Origin: Planctomycetota bacterium
GTDB lineage: Bacteria > Planctomycetota > SZUA-567 > H5-PLA8
Direction of reading: 5' to 3'
Assembly: GCA_045863855.1 (NCBI GenBank)
Contig: BTVV01000028.1
Span: forward strand, 101 to 64,100
Length of the DNA: 64,000 bases
Part shown: positions 37,345-47,053 of the stretch, in pieces
How the letters are laid out: each line of letters starts with the position of its first letter
Position numbering within the stretch: the first letter of the stretch is position 1
The notes under the pieces: generated by a model
Told to the model about the DNA's origin: nothing
Databases searched by the model: none
What the model saw: only the letters and a program-made list of their open reading frames with translations
Position numbers and translations under genes: made by a program

Positions 37345-38352
37345 CTACCCTTTAGGAATCGGTGTCGCTTCGAGCACGCGGCGGATCAGATCGACGCTGG
37401 TGGCGCCGTCGGCTTGGGCCTGGAAATTGGGCGCGACGCGGTGGCGCAGGACGGGCACGGCGAGCGCCTGGATGTCGGCGGGGCTGACGGTGGGCCGTCC
37501 GTCCATCGCGGCGAGGGCTTTGCCGCCGAGGACCAGGAACTGCCCGGCGCGCGGGCCGGCGCCCCATTCGACGCGTTCGTTGACGAACTCGGGCGCGAAG
37601 TCGTCGCCCGGGCGCGTGGCACGGATCAGCCGCGCGATGTAACTGACCATGTAGTTGCTGCAGTGAACGTGATGAATTGCGCGCTGGATCTCGCGGATGC
37701 GATCGCTGCCGAGGACGGGCCGGGCGTTGAGCAGGCCGGAACTGGTGCGCGTGAGGATCTGTTCTTCTTCCTGCAGGCTTGGATAGTTGATTTCGATCTG
37801 GAGCATGAAGCGGTCGAGCTGCGCTTCGGGCAGTTCGTAGGTTCCTTCCTGTTCGATGGGGTTTTGCGTGGCGATGACGAGAAACGGATCGGGCAGCGCG
37901 TGAGTCTGGTTGGCGACGGTGACTTGGCGTTCCTGCATGGCTTCGAGAAGCGCGGCCTGTGTCTTGGGCGGCGTGCGGTTGATTTCGTCGGCGAGGATGA
38001 CGCTGGCGAAGAGCGGTCCGGGCATGAAGCGGAAACCGCGCGCGCCGTTCTCTTCGAACAGGACGTCGGTGCCGGTGATGTCGCTGGGCATCAGGTCGGG
38101 GGTGAACTGAATGCGCTTGAAGGGCAGGTCGAAAGAGCGTGCGAGGGCTTTGACCATGCTGGTCTTGGCCAAGCCCGGGACGCCTACGAGCAGGCAATGC
38201 CCGCGCGCGAAGGCGGCGGCGAGCATCAGCTTCAAGACACTCTCCTGGCCGATGATCTCGCGGGCGATCTCGTCGAGCAGGGCGTTGACGTCGCTGCGCA
38301 GCGAAGCCAGGAGGGATAGCAGTTCGTCGCGCGTCGGTTCGGGCTGGGCCAT
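37345..38352 (-). CDS. moxR: MoxR-family AAA+ ATPase
   Basis: GVPGLAKT, RIQFTPDLMPSDITG, LADEINRTPPKTQAALLEAMQE, ATQNPIEQEGTY.LPEAQLDRF. Confidence 0.95.
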   Translation of the reverse strand: MAQPEPTRDELLSLLASLRSDVNALLDEIAREIIGQESVLKLMLAAAFARGHCLLVGVPGLAKTSMVKALARSFDLPFKRIQFTPDLMPSDITGTDVLFEENGARGFRFMPGPLFASVILADEINRTPPKTQAALLEAMQERQVTVANQTHALPDPFLVIATQNPIEQEGTYELPEAQLDRFMLQIEINYPSLQEEEQILTRTSSGLLNARPVLGSDRIREIQRAIHHVHCSNYMVSYIARLIRATRPGDDFAPEFVNERVEWGAGPRAGQFLVLGGKALAAMDGRPTVSPADIQALAVPVLRHRVAPNFQAQADGATSVDLIRRVLEATPIPKG

Positions 38353-38500
38353 GCGAGCCTCCGCGGAAGGGTATACCGCATCCATGCAGAAGTGACGATG
38401 CCAGGACGGCGGGACTTAGAGCCGCTCCGGGCTTCAAGCGTAGCAGTTGTGCGCACTTGGCGTGGCCGGTAGCGTGGGACGACTAACGCGGGAGCCAGAT

Positions 38501-39532
38501 ATGAGCGGGACGATCGGCTGGGGCATCCTGGGCTGCGGGCGCTTCATGCAGCGGCGCGTGCTGCCGGTCTTTCGGCAGACGAAGCATGCGCGGGCGGCGG
38601 CGTTGCAGCGCCGGGATCTCGCGGCGGCCGAAGCGAGCGCGAAGGAGCACGGCGTGCCGCGCGCTCATGCGACCCGGGAGGCGCTGCTGGCCGACCGGGA
38701 CGTGCAGGCCGTCTTCATCGGCACTCCGAACGCGAATCATTGCGCGGATGTGCTGGCCTGCGCGGCGGCGGGTAAACATGTGCTGGTCGAGAAGCCGATG
38801 GGCGTCAACGCCGCGGAATGCCGCGAGATGGCCGAGGCGTGCGCCGGGGCGGGTGTGAAACTGTTCGTGGGGCATTGCTTTCGCTACGCGAACGCGGTGG
38901 AGTGCGCGCGCGCGGCGGTGTGCGAAGGCGCGCTGGGTCCGCTGCTGGGTTTGCGCGGGTTGTACAGCTTTCGCTGCGCGCCCGACGCATGGCGGCGGGA
39001 TTGCCGGATTTCGGGCGGGGGGCCGCTGATGGACTTGGCTCCGCACGTGATCGATTTCTTTCGCTTCGTGAGCGGGCAGGAAGTGGCGGAGGTGGCGGCA
39101 TTCGTGGAGCCTGCCCGCGACTGGCGCTCGGGGGCCAGCGAGAACCGCGCGCGGGCGCTTTTGAAACTCTCGGGCGGCGCGTGGGCGACGTTGGAGGTTT
39201 CGTTCGCCGCGGCGTTTCGGAACACGGTGGAAGTTTCCTTTCCTCAGGGGACGCTACGCGCGGATTACACGCTTTCGCTGATCGAGAACCCGCACGTACA
39301 GTTGTGGAAGATTTCGAGCGATCCGCAGCCGCCTCAAATCGAAGCCGTGCCTCTGGAGAGGCGGGATATTTACCTGCTCCAGATCGAGGATATTTCGCGG
39401 GCGCTGCTGGACCCGGCGCACGTACCGCTGGCGGCGACGGGCGAGGATGGGGTGCGGACGCTGGAAGCGATCGATGCCGTGTATGAAGCGGCGGAGACGG
39501 GGCGAAAAGTGACTATAGGCAGCATAGCGTAA
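38501..39532 (+). CDS. Gfo/Idh/MocA oxidoreductase
   Basis: WGILGCG, GKHVLVEKP, GGGPLMDLAPH. Confidence 0.92.
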   Translation: MSGTIGWGILGCGRFMQRRVLPVFRQTKHARAAALQRRDLAAAEASAKEHGVPRAHATREALLADRDVQAVFIGTPNANHCADVLACAAAGKHVLVEKPMGVNAAECREMAEACAGAGVKLFVGHCFRYANAVECARAAVCEGALGPLLGLRGLYSFRCAPDAWRRDCRISGGGPLMDLAPHVIDFFRFVSGQEVAEVAAFVEPARDWRSGASENRARALLKLSGGAWATLEVSFAAAFRNTVEVSFPQGTLRADYTLSLIENPHVQLWKISSDPQPPQIEAVPLERRDIYLLQIEDISRALLDPAHVPLAATGEDGVRTLEAIDAVYEAAETGRKVTIGSIA

Positions 39533-39626
39533 ACGAGCGATCGGCGAACGGTTTGAGGCATGATTGGGGTTGGACGGCGGGGTTGTTGGTGGACGAGCAG
39601 GTCCAAGCGAGGGAGCGAAAGGCAAT

Positions 39627-40766
39627 ATGGGACGCGAGGTCGAGGTCGCGGCGTACTACTTTCCGAATTACCACGTCGATGCGCGGAACGTGAAGTGGCA
39701 CGGTCCGGGGTGGACGGAGTGGGAATTGGTCAAGCGCGCGGAACCGCGCTTCGCGGGGCACGCTCAGCCGCGCGTTCCGCTGTGGGGCTACGAAGACGAA
39801 TCCGATCCGGCGGCGATGGGGCGGAAAATCGACGCGGCGGCCGACCATGGGCTCGATGCGTTCATCTTCGACTGGTACTGGTACGAAGACGGCCCGTACC
39901 TGCAGCGCGGGCTGGAAGACGGATTTTTGCACGCGGGCAACGGCGCGCGGATGAAGTTCGCACTGATGTGGGCGAACCACGATTGGGTCGATATTCATCC
40001 GGCGACGCGTCCGCGCCCGTTCAAGCAGTTGCTGCCGGGCCGAATCTCGCTGAAGGGTTTCGAGGCGGCGACGGAGCACGTGATCCGTTCGTATTTTTCG
40101 CGCGAGAATTATTGGCGTATCGGCGGGCGGCCGTATTTTTCGATTTACGAACTGATGACGCTGATGGACGGACTGGGCGGTTTGGACGAAACGCGCCGCG
40201 CGCTGGACGGTTTCCGCGAGCGGACGGCGAAAGCCGGCTTGGGCGAATTGCATCTCAACGCGGTCGTTTGGGGCGTGAAGATCCTGCCGAACGAGCGTTC
40301 GATCCAGAACCCCGTGGAATTGCTGGGGCGGCTGGGCATCGACAGCGTGACGTCGTACGTCTGGATTCACCACCAGCCGTTGAAGCAATTTCCGCAGACG
40401 CCGTATACGGAGATCGCCGCGGCTTCGGCCCAGGTCTGGACGCGCTTTCGCGAGCAGTATCCGCTGCCGTATTACCCGAACGTGACGATGGGCTGGGATG
40501 CGAGCCCGCGGACGGTGCAGAGCGACGCGTTCGAGAACCTGGGTTATCCGTGGATGGCGATGCTGAAGGGCAACACGCCGGCGGCGTTCGGCGAGGCGTG
40601 CCGCGCGGCGCGGGCGTTCGTGCTGAACGGTCCGGCGGAGCGGCGGATCGTGACGATCAACGCGTGGAACGAGTGGACCGAAGGAAGTTATCTGGAACCG
40701 GATACGGAGTATGGCTTCGGGTACTTGGAGGCGCTGCGGGAGGCGTTTGGGATCAAGGGCGCTTAA
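39627..40766 (+). CDS. GH99-like (WbsX-family) glycoside hydrolase domain protein
   Basis: AYYFPNYH, WTEW, P.WGYEDE, DWYW, WANHDW, INAWNEWTEGSYLEPD. Confidence 0.88.
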   Translation: MGREVEVAAYYFPNYHVDARNVKWHGPGWTEWELVKRAEPRFAGHAQPRVPLWGYEDESDPAAMGRKIDAAADHGLDAFIFDWYWYEDGPYLQRGLEDGFLHAGNGARMKFALMWANHDWVDIHPATRPRPFKQLLPGRISLKGFEAATEHVIRSYFSRENYWRIGGRPYFSIYELMTLMDGLGGLDETRRALDGFRERTAKAGLGELHLNAVVWGVKILPNERSIQNPVELLGRLGIDSVTSYVWIHHQPLKQFPQTPYTEIAAASAQVWTRFREQYPLPYYPNVTMGWDASPRTVQSDAFENLGYPWMAMLKGNTPAAFGEACRAARAFVLNGPAERRIVTINAWNEWTEGSYLEPDTEYGFGYLEALREAFGIKGA

Positions 40767-40779
40767 GCGCCGAGCGCCA

Positions 40780-41112
40780 CTACACCATTTCGTCTTCGGG
40801 CCGGACGGGTTCGTTGACTCGCCGGTGCGGCGGGGTCTTGCCGAGGGCGCGATAGACGAGCAGGCAGAGCGCGTAGATGCTGAAGCCGACGATCACGGGC
40901 ATCAAGACGGCGAAGTAGAACATGAACGGCGCATCGGCCCACTGGTGAATCTTGGCCCAGAGGCCGGTGAGCCAGAGCACGCCAAAGCCGAGCACGAACA
41001 TCAGCGTGGTGACGATGGCGCTGACGATCCAGGGATGCACGAAATCTTCGCCGGCGGGCGGAAGTCCGATGGGCGGCACGCTGTCGGGGTTATTGGCGGT
41101 TTCGTGAGCCAT
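40780..41112 (-). CDS. small two-TM membrane protein
   Basis: 110 aa with two hydrophobic helices and GC3-rich codons. Confidence 0.7.
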   Translation of the reverse strand: MAHETANNPDSVPPIGLPPAGEDFVHPWIVSAIVTTLMFVLGFGVLWLTGLWAKIHQWADAPFMFYFAVLMPVIVGFSIYALCLLVYRALGKTPPHRRVNEPVRPEDEMV

Positions 41113-41286
41113 GATGCGCGGCGCTTTTCTCTTTCTGTGCGGCCTAGAGGTCTGCGATCAAAAATTCCGGCGAGCGGGGCGTCCGCTATCTGGCGCTGTC
41201 CGGGCGCTGACCGCTGTCATGCTCTAATAATGGTCGCTCGGGGGGCGTCTTTCAATAGTATATAAGGTAGGCGAGGGGGCCGGGCG

Positions 41287-42105
41287 ATGAAAAGCTTATC
41301 CGGTTCGCTTGGCCTGCTGCTAGTGCTTGGCTCTGCCTTCGCCGCGGAACCTCCCGCGACTGCTGAAGGACCTCCCGACGATTTAAAGATCGCGTTGAAT
41401 GCCGAGCAGACGTTGCTGCGGCATACGGACCTGTTTCGGCGTGTGACGCGCGAGGAGGCGGAAGCGCAGAAGGAGTGGGGCGCGCTGGACGAAAAGACGC
41501 GCGCCCGGGCGCTGGGGCAGGTGATGTCGTACGCGAAGGAGGATCTGCGGCTGCAGGCGGTGAAGGCGCTGAGCGAGCTGACGGGCGACGGCGATCCGGT
41601 GCAAGAGGCGTTGGGCGCGCTGGTGAACGCGGCGCTGCGGGACACCGACGCGAAGGTGCGCGAAGCGGCGGGCGCGGAGGTGCTGGCGCAGCGACCGGCG
41701 GGAGTCGAGAAGGCGGTGGTGAAGCACCTGCGCGCGAAGGATCCGGAAGGACGGGCGCGGGCGGTGAAGATGCTGGAGGCTTTGAAGGGACCGCGAGTAT
41801 TCGAGGCGGTGATCGAGCATTGGCGCGAGACGTGGGGCGCCGGCCCGCGCGCGCATATGTTCGTCGCTCAGCAACGCGCGTACGTGGCCGATTACGAGAT
41901 CAGCGGGGACAGCTACGATCCGGTGGTGCGGACGTTTCTTGCGGGCGTGGTGCTGGACGTGAAACCGTTGATGGCTTGGGCGGACATATACATCGTAAAA
42001 TTAATGCGCGAGATGACCGGCGAAGATCGTGGCGCGGATGTGGGCGCTTGGCGGCGCTGGTGGCAGGACCAGCAGGCGGCGAAGGCGCCGGAGGCCCAAA
42101 AGTGA
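41287..42105 (+). CDS. exported HEAT-repeat protein with conserved C-terminal beta motif
   Basis: Signal peptide; HEAT-like LRDTDAKVREAA, DPEGRARAVKML; ends W..WW. Confidence 0.8.
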   Translation: MKSLSGSLGLLLVLGSAFAAEPPATAEGPPDDLKIALNAEQTLLRHTDLFRRVTREEAEAQKEWGALDEKTRARALGQVMSYAKEDLRLQAVKALSELTGDGDPVQEALGALVNAALRDTDAKVREAAGAEVLAQRPAGVEKAVVKHLRAKDPEGRARAVKMLEALKGPRVFEAVIEHWRETWGAGPRAHMFVAQQRAYVADYEISGDSYDPVVRTFLAGVVLDVKPLMAWADIYIVKLMREMTGEDRGADVGAWRRWWQDQQAAKAPEAQK

Positions 42106-42995
42106 TGCGCTTGGGGTGGCTCGCGGTGCTGGCGGCCTGCGGCGTGCACGCCGGGGAAGAGCTTTCGATCGCGCCGAGCGCCGCGACGAGCGAGCACGCT
42201 CCGCCGGCGCCGACCGTTGCTCCTGAAGCGGATCTGCGAATCTCCCAGGCTCCCTCGGCTGCCGAAGCGGGCGCGGAGCGCGAGAAACTGGACGCGCTGG
42301 ATCTGTTTCGCCGTGCGGTGGCGGGCGGTGAGGCGGAGGAGCGGAACTGGCGCGCGTTGCCGGAGGCGGTGCGGGTGCATGCGCTGGCGCGGTCGATGAA
42401 GGGCGGCGCGGAAGGCTTGCGACGGCGTGCGTTGGCCGAGTTGCGGGCAGCGAATCTGACCGGGCTGGACGACGAAGCGGCGCGCACGGCGGCTCGGCAT
42501 GCGCTGGCGTGTGCGGCGGTGCGTGAGCCGGTCGACGAGATGCGCGACGGCGCACGGGAAGCTTGGGCCGAGCAGGCGCGTCAGGACGGGAAGCCGGCGC
42601 TGGAGGAGATGGCCGGCGCACTGGATCGCCCGAATGCGATGGAGCAGCGCCGCGCATTCCAGGCGCTGCAGGCGGCCGGGGGCTTGGGCGTGGCGGAGGT
42701 GCTGGTCACGCGCATCGAGCGGCGCTGGGGCGCCGGCGCGCGGAACCACATCCTCGTGGCCACGCAGCGCAGTTATATCGCCGATTACGACGTGAGCGGC
42801 GCGGTCTTCGATCCGGTGATCAAGAGTTTCATGACCGGGGTGGTGCTGGACAGCCGGGTGCTGGGGATCGAGATCACCGAGTACATCGTCGAGTTATTGC
42901 GCGGCGCGGGCGCGGGGCCGGACGTGCTTCGCGATCCGCGGCGCTGGGCGAGATTTATCGAAGAGGCTCGCGCGAGGCAGGCGGCGGGCCGGTAA
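42105..42995 (+). CDS. paralogous exported HEAT-like protein
   Basis: TGATG overlap with the upstream gene; signal peptide; shares the WGAG.R.H...QR.Y.ADY..SG...DPV...F..GVVLD motif. Confidence 0.8.
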   Translation: MRLGWLAVLAACGVHAGEELSIAPSAATSEHAPPAPTVAPEADLRISQAPSAAEAGAEREKLDALDLFRRAVAGGEAEERNWRALPEAVRVHALARSMKGGAEGLRRRALAELRAANLTGLDDEAARTAARHALACAAVREPVDEMRDGAREAWAEQARQDGKPALEEMAGALDRPNAMEQRRAFQALQAAGGLGVAEVLVTRIERRWGAGARNHILVATQRSYIADYDVSGAVFDPVIKSFMTGVVLDSRVLGIEITEYIVELLRGAGAGPDVLRDPRRWARFIEEARARQAAGR

Positions 42996-43132
42996 CTCCT
43001 TTTTCTCCCTGAAGAGCGAGCAGACTGGCGGTTCACGCCACACGCCCAAAAAAGATACCCCCTTCCATTTAGAGCGGATTTGGCCTGCCCGCGATTGTGG
43101 ACGGGACGGCGGGTGGCGCTATGCTTGCACCC

Positions 43133-45937
43133 ATGCCTCCGGCTTCCTCCTCACCCGTTTCCGGTCCGCGCCGCATCGGCGGCTACGAGATCGTCGAGAA
43201 GATCGGCGAGGGCGCGATGGGTGTCGTCTTCAAAGCGCGGCAGGTTTCGCTGGACCGCGAGGTAGCGCTGAAGGTCGTCAAGCCCGAGGTGGCCAAGGAC
43301 GCGACGTTTCTCGAGCGCTTCCAGCGCGAGGCGCGTTCGAGCGCTCAGCTAAATCATCCGAATATCGTGCGCGGAATCGATGTAGGGCAGGACGAGGCGA
43401 GCGGGCTGTGGTACTTCGCGATGGAGTACGTGGACGGTCCGTCGCTGAAGGACGTGCTGGCGCGCGACGGGACGCTGCCCGAAGGCCGTGCGCTGCGGAT
43501 CGTGCTGCAAGTAGCGCGGGCGCTGGAGTGCGCGGCGAAGCAGAACATCGTCCACCGCGATATCAAGCCCGACAACGTGATGCTGGCCAAGGGCGAAGTG
43601 GTGAAACTCGCCGATCTGGGCTTGGCAAAGCGGATCGATTCGGAAAATGCGGCGCTGACGCAGACCGGCAAGACGGTGGGGACGCCGTACTACATGGCGC
43701 CGGAACAGATCCGCGGCGAGCAGCAAAAGATCGATCAACGCACCGACTTGTACGCGCTCGGCGCGACGCTCTTTCATCTCGTAACGGGCCGGCCGCCTTT
43801 CCATGGAGCGAGCGGAGCGGCAATTCTGGCGCTGCACCTGAAAGAGCCCGCGCCGCGCGCGAAATCGCTCAATCCGAAGCTGAGCGAAGGGATCAATGCA
43901 CTGATCGCGAAGCTGTTGGAGAAGGAGCCGGCTCAGCGGTACCAATCGGCGCGGGAGTTGGCGGAGCGCGTCGAGATTCTGGTGGACGATCCGGGTGCGA
44001 CGAGCCGGCGGCCGGGTGTGCGCGGAACGACAGGGCCGCGCACGGCGGTGCACGGGGCGATTACCGGACGCGTGCCGCTGAAGGGTCAGACGACCGGGCC
44101 GCGCGCCGCCGTTTCGAAGCGGGTCGATGGCGCCGGCGCCGCGCCGCGCCCCTCCGCTCAACCTATTTCGACCGTTCTGGTGGCGGGGGTGGTCTTCGCG
44201 CTGGTGGTGCTGGCGATCGGCTTCTGGCCCGGCAACGCGAAGAAGCCGGAGATTCCCGCGAAACCGCCGAGCGTCGACGCTCCGAAGCCGATACCGCAGG
44301 CCGCGCCGGTGGCGGTGGTGCATGCGCCCGAACCGGCTCCGGAACCGAAGGCGGTTCCGCCGACCGAGCCCCTAGCGCCCGCGCCTGTGGCGGAGGCGCC
44401 GCCGCCTGCCGTGGCGTCCGAGCCGCAAGCACCGCCGCCTCCTATTCCGGTGGCTCCAGCGGTTCCCGAACCTGTTCCGGCGGCGCCTGCGCCGGTTCCG
44501 GCGGTTGACGAAGCCACGGCGCGAGCGGCGTATGCGAAATTTCAGGATGCCTTTTTCGACGCTCTCAAGCAGGGCGACCGTGCGGCGGCCGAGCGCGAGT
44601 TACAACGTGCCGAGCGCGACGCGGTGCTGAAGGCGCTGAAGGCGGATCTGGCCCTGGACCGGCGCGCGCTGGCTTGGCCGGATGCGCACCGCGAAGCGGT
44701 GGCGGCCGGCGCGTTGAAACTCACCGAGGCGGAATCGATCGAACTGAAACTGCGCAAGGGCGCGCCGATTCGCGCGGGCAAGAAGGAAAACTTCAAGGTT
44801 CTCTCGGTCAAGGACGGCGCGATTCAAGTGGGCGGGAAAGGGTTGAGCATGCCGGTGCCGCTGGACCGGCTGCATGCCGAAACGCAGCAGGCGCTGGCGG
44901 AACCGGAATTGAAAGCGACAGGCGCGGGGCAGGTGATCCTCGCGTTCGTGGCGCTGCTGCAGGCGGAGTCGGCCGATGCGCCGGAGGCGATCCGGAACCG
45001 GCTGGCGCAGGCGGAACAGGCCGGCGCGGCGGCGAATGACGCGGCGTATGTGCGCGCGGCATTGGCCCGGCGCGAAGGGGCGCTGCGCGAACAGGCGGCT
45101 GCCGCGGCGTGGCCGGCGCTGCTGGAAGTCGCCAAGGGGGCGGAGTGGCCCAAGGATCAGCGCGAACGCGTGCGGACGGCGCTGGACGAATTCGAGGCGC
45201 GGCACGGTACGACGGCCTTCGCGGCGGCGCACGCGGCTGAACGCGCTGCGCTGCGCAAGCAAGCGATCGGGCGCGGCGCGGACGTACCGCGCGAGGGCCT
45301 GATGGCATGGCTGCGCGCGGACGAGGGCGTCGTGGCCGAAGCCGACGGCGTCACGCAATGGACCGACCAGTCGGGGCGCGGCTGGCATGGGGTGCAGCCT
45401 GAGGCGCGCGGACGTCCGCAATTCGTACCGAAAGCGCTGGGGGAACTACCGGCGCTGCGCTTCGACGGCGTGGACGATTGCCTGATGATCCCGCAGGTGC
45501 GCGGACCGATGAAGTCGTTCACGCTGCTGTGGACGCTGCGGCCGCTGTCGCGCAAAAATTGGAACCAATCCCTATCGGCGGGCGGGAGTTGGGGGCAGTT
45601 TGTCTTTCACACGACTTCAGAAGGCGGCGTCTACGTGGGGACCAGCGTTTCCGCGCGGATCAGTCCCGGCGAGGGCCCCGGCCCGGATACGGTACAGCTG
45701 GAGACTTGGCAGCAGTTTGCGTACGTCTTCGCGGATGGCGAGGCGCGCTTTTTCAAGAACGGCAAGGAACTGGCAAAGAAGCGCCTGGATGTGGCGGCGT
45801 GGGACGGGTTTCGGCTGGGCGGATACGACGGCGGCAACACGCTGCACGGGGATGTCAGCGAAGTGCTGTTGTACGAGCGAGCGCTGCCGGACGCGGAGCG
45901 ACAGGCGGTCGAGAAACATCTCCTGCCTGCTCCTTAA
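43133..45937 (+). CDS. Ser/Thr kinase with TM helix and C-terminal LamG/concanavalin-like domain
   Basis: GEGAMGVVFKA, HRDIKPDN, DLGLAK, GTPYYMAPE; C-terminal WLRADEG, WTDQSG, LRFDGVDD, GDVSEVLLYERAL; TATGCT 7 nt before the ATG suggests a leaderless start. Confidence 0.93.
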   Translation: MPPASSSPVSGPRRIGGYEIVEKIGEGAMGVVFKARQVSLDREVALKVVKPEVAKDATFLERFQREARSSAQLNHPNIVRGIDVGQDEASGLWYFAMEYVDGPSLKDVLARDGTLPEGRALRIVLQVARALECAAKQNIVHRDIKPDNVMLAKGEVVKLADLGLAKRIDSENAALTQTGKTVGTPYYMAPEQIRGEQQKIDQRTDLYALGATLFHLVTGRPPFHGASGAAILALHLKEPAPRAKSLNPKLSEGINALIAKLLEKEPAQRYQSARELAERVEILVDDPGATSRRPGVRGTTGPRTAVHGAITGRVPLKGQTTGPRAAVSKRVDGAGAAPRPSAQPISTVLVAGVVFALVVLAIGFWPGNAKKPEIPAKPPSVDAPKPIPQAAPVAVVHAPEPAPEPKAVPPTEPLAPAPVAEAPPPAVASEPQAPPPPIPVAPAVPEPVPAAPAPVPAVDEATARAAYAKFQDAFFDALKQGDRAAAERELQRAERDAVLKALKADLALDRRALAWPDAHREAVAAGALKLTEAESIELKLRKGAPIRAGKKENFKVLSVKDGAIQVGGKGLSMPVPLDRLHAETQQALAEPELKATGAGQVILAFVALLQAESADAPEAIRNRLAQAEQAGAAANDAAYVRAALARREGALREQAAAAAWPALLEVAKGAEWPKDQRERVRTALDEFEARHGTTAFAAAHAAERAALRKQAIGRGADVPREGLMAWLRADEGVVAEADGVTQWTDQSGRGWHGVQPEARGRPQFVPKALGELPALRFDGVDDCLMIPQVRGPMKSFTLLWTLRPLSRKNWNQSLSAGGSWGQFVFHTTSEGGVYVGTSVSARISPGEGPGPDTVQLETWQQFAYVFADGEARFFKNGKELAKKRLDVAAWDGFRLGGYDGGNTLHGDVSEVLLYERALPDAERQAVEKHLLPAP

Positions 45938-45952
45938 CCAAGGACTTCGCGA

Positions 45953-46966
45953 ATGCGCATCGGCTTGATCGGATGCAGTTACCACTGGGGCAGCTACAAG
46001 GCGCTCTTGGAGGCGTTGCCCGAAGCGCGCGTCGCGGCGGTGGCGCCGGGTTGCGCGCAGGAGAAACCGGAAGCGTTCGCCAAGGCTGCGGGAATCACGG
46101 AAGAAACGCGGCGCTTTGCCGACGCTCGGGAACTGCTCGATAAGTCTGAGCTGGATCTGGTGCAGGTCTCGACGGAGTTCACCGCTATGGGCGGTTGGGT
46201 GCGCGAAGCGGCGCAGCGCGGCGTGCCGGTGACGGTCGAGAAGCCGCTGGCGTTCGATCTCGCGGATCTGGCGCGGACGTGGGATGTCGTTTCGAGCACG
46301 GGCACGCCCGTATATGCGATGCAGGGCACACAGGGCTGGGCGGTATTTGAAGCGGCGAAATCGGCGGTGGCTTCGGGCGCGGTTGGAGAGGTGTACGCAA
46401 GCCACCACCAGAAGTCCTATCGATGGGCCGCGCGTCCGGCTTCGTGGCAGGACCGGCGCACGTTTCCGGGCTTCATTCCGTGGGTGGGCATTCATGCGTT
46501 CGGTTGGATGGAGTGGATCCTGGGCGACGTATTCACCGAGGTGGCGGGCTGGGACGGGTACGCACTGCATCCGGAGGTTCCCGGCTGCGCGACTCAGGCG
46601 GGGCTGGTCTTCCGGCAGGCGAACGGCGGCTTCGCGACGGTGAGCCTGGATTATCTGCGGCCCAAGTCCGCGCCAACGCACGGCGACGAACGGTTGCGCA
46701 TTGCCGGTTCGCTGGGCGTGGTGGAGGCGTACGAGGCCGAAGGTCGCTGCACGCTGGTGACGGCCGATGCTGCGCCACGCTCACTTGAGCTGCCGGAAGC
46801 TCCGGCCGATCCGGTGGTGACGTTCGCCCGATCTTTGCGCGGCGAATCCGAATCGCCGACGCAGACGTGGGAAGCGTTTCGCGTCACGGAGTGGGCGTTG
46901 AAGGCGCAGCAGGCGGCGGATACGGGGAAACCCGTTGCGCTGCTTCCGACGGCATACCGCGCGTAG
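45953..46966 (+). CDS. Gfo/Idh/MocA oxidoreductase
   Basis: IGLIG, VEKPLA, WVGIHA. Confidence 0.85.
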   Translation: MRIGLIGCSYHWGSYKALLEALPEARVAAVAPGCAQEKPEAFAKAAGITEETRRFADARELLDKSELDLVQVSTEFTAMGGWVREAAQRGVPVTVEKPLAFDLADLARTWDVVSSTGTPVYAMQGTQGWAVFEAAKSAVASGAVGEVYASHHQKSYRWAARPASWQDRRTFPGFIPWVGIHAFGWMEWILGDVFTEVAGWDGYALHPEVPGCATQAGLVFRQANGGFATVSLDYLRPKSAPTHGDERLRIAGSLGVVEAYEAEGRCTLVTADAAPRSLELPEAPADPVVTFARSLRGESESPTQTWEAFRVTEWALKAQQAADTGKPVALLPTAYRA

Positions 46967-47053
46967 CGCCTTACAAAGATCGAACAAACGGCATAGCGCG
47001 CGTACCCGGCCGAATGTGGCACCAGGCCGCGACCTCGCGTATCCTTTGATCCC

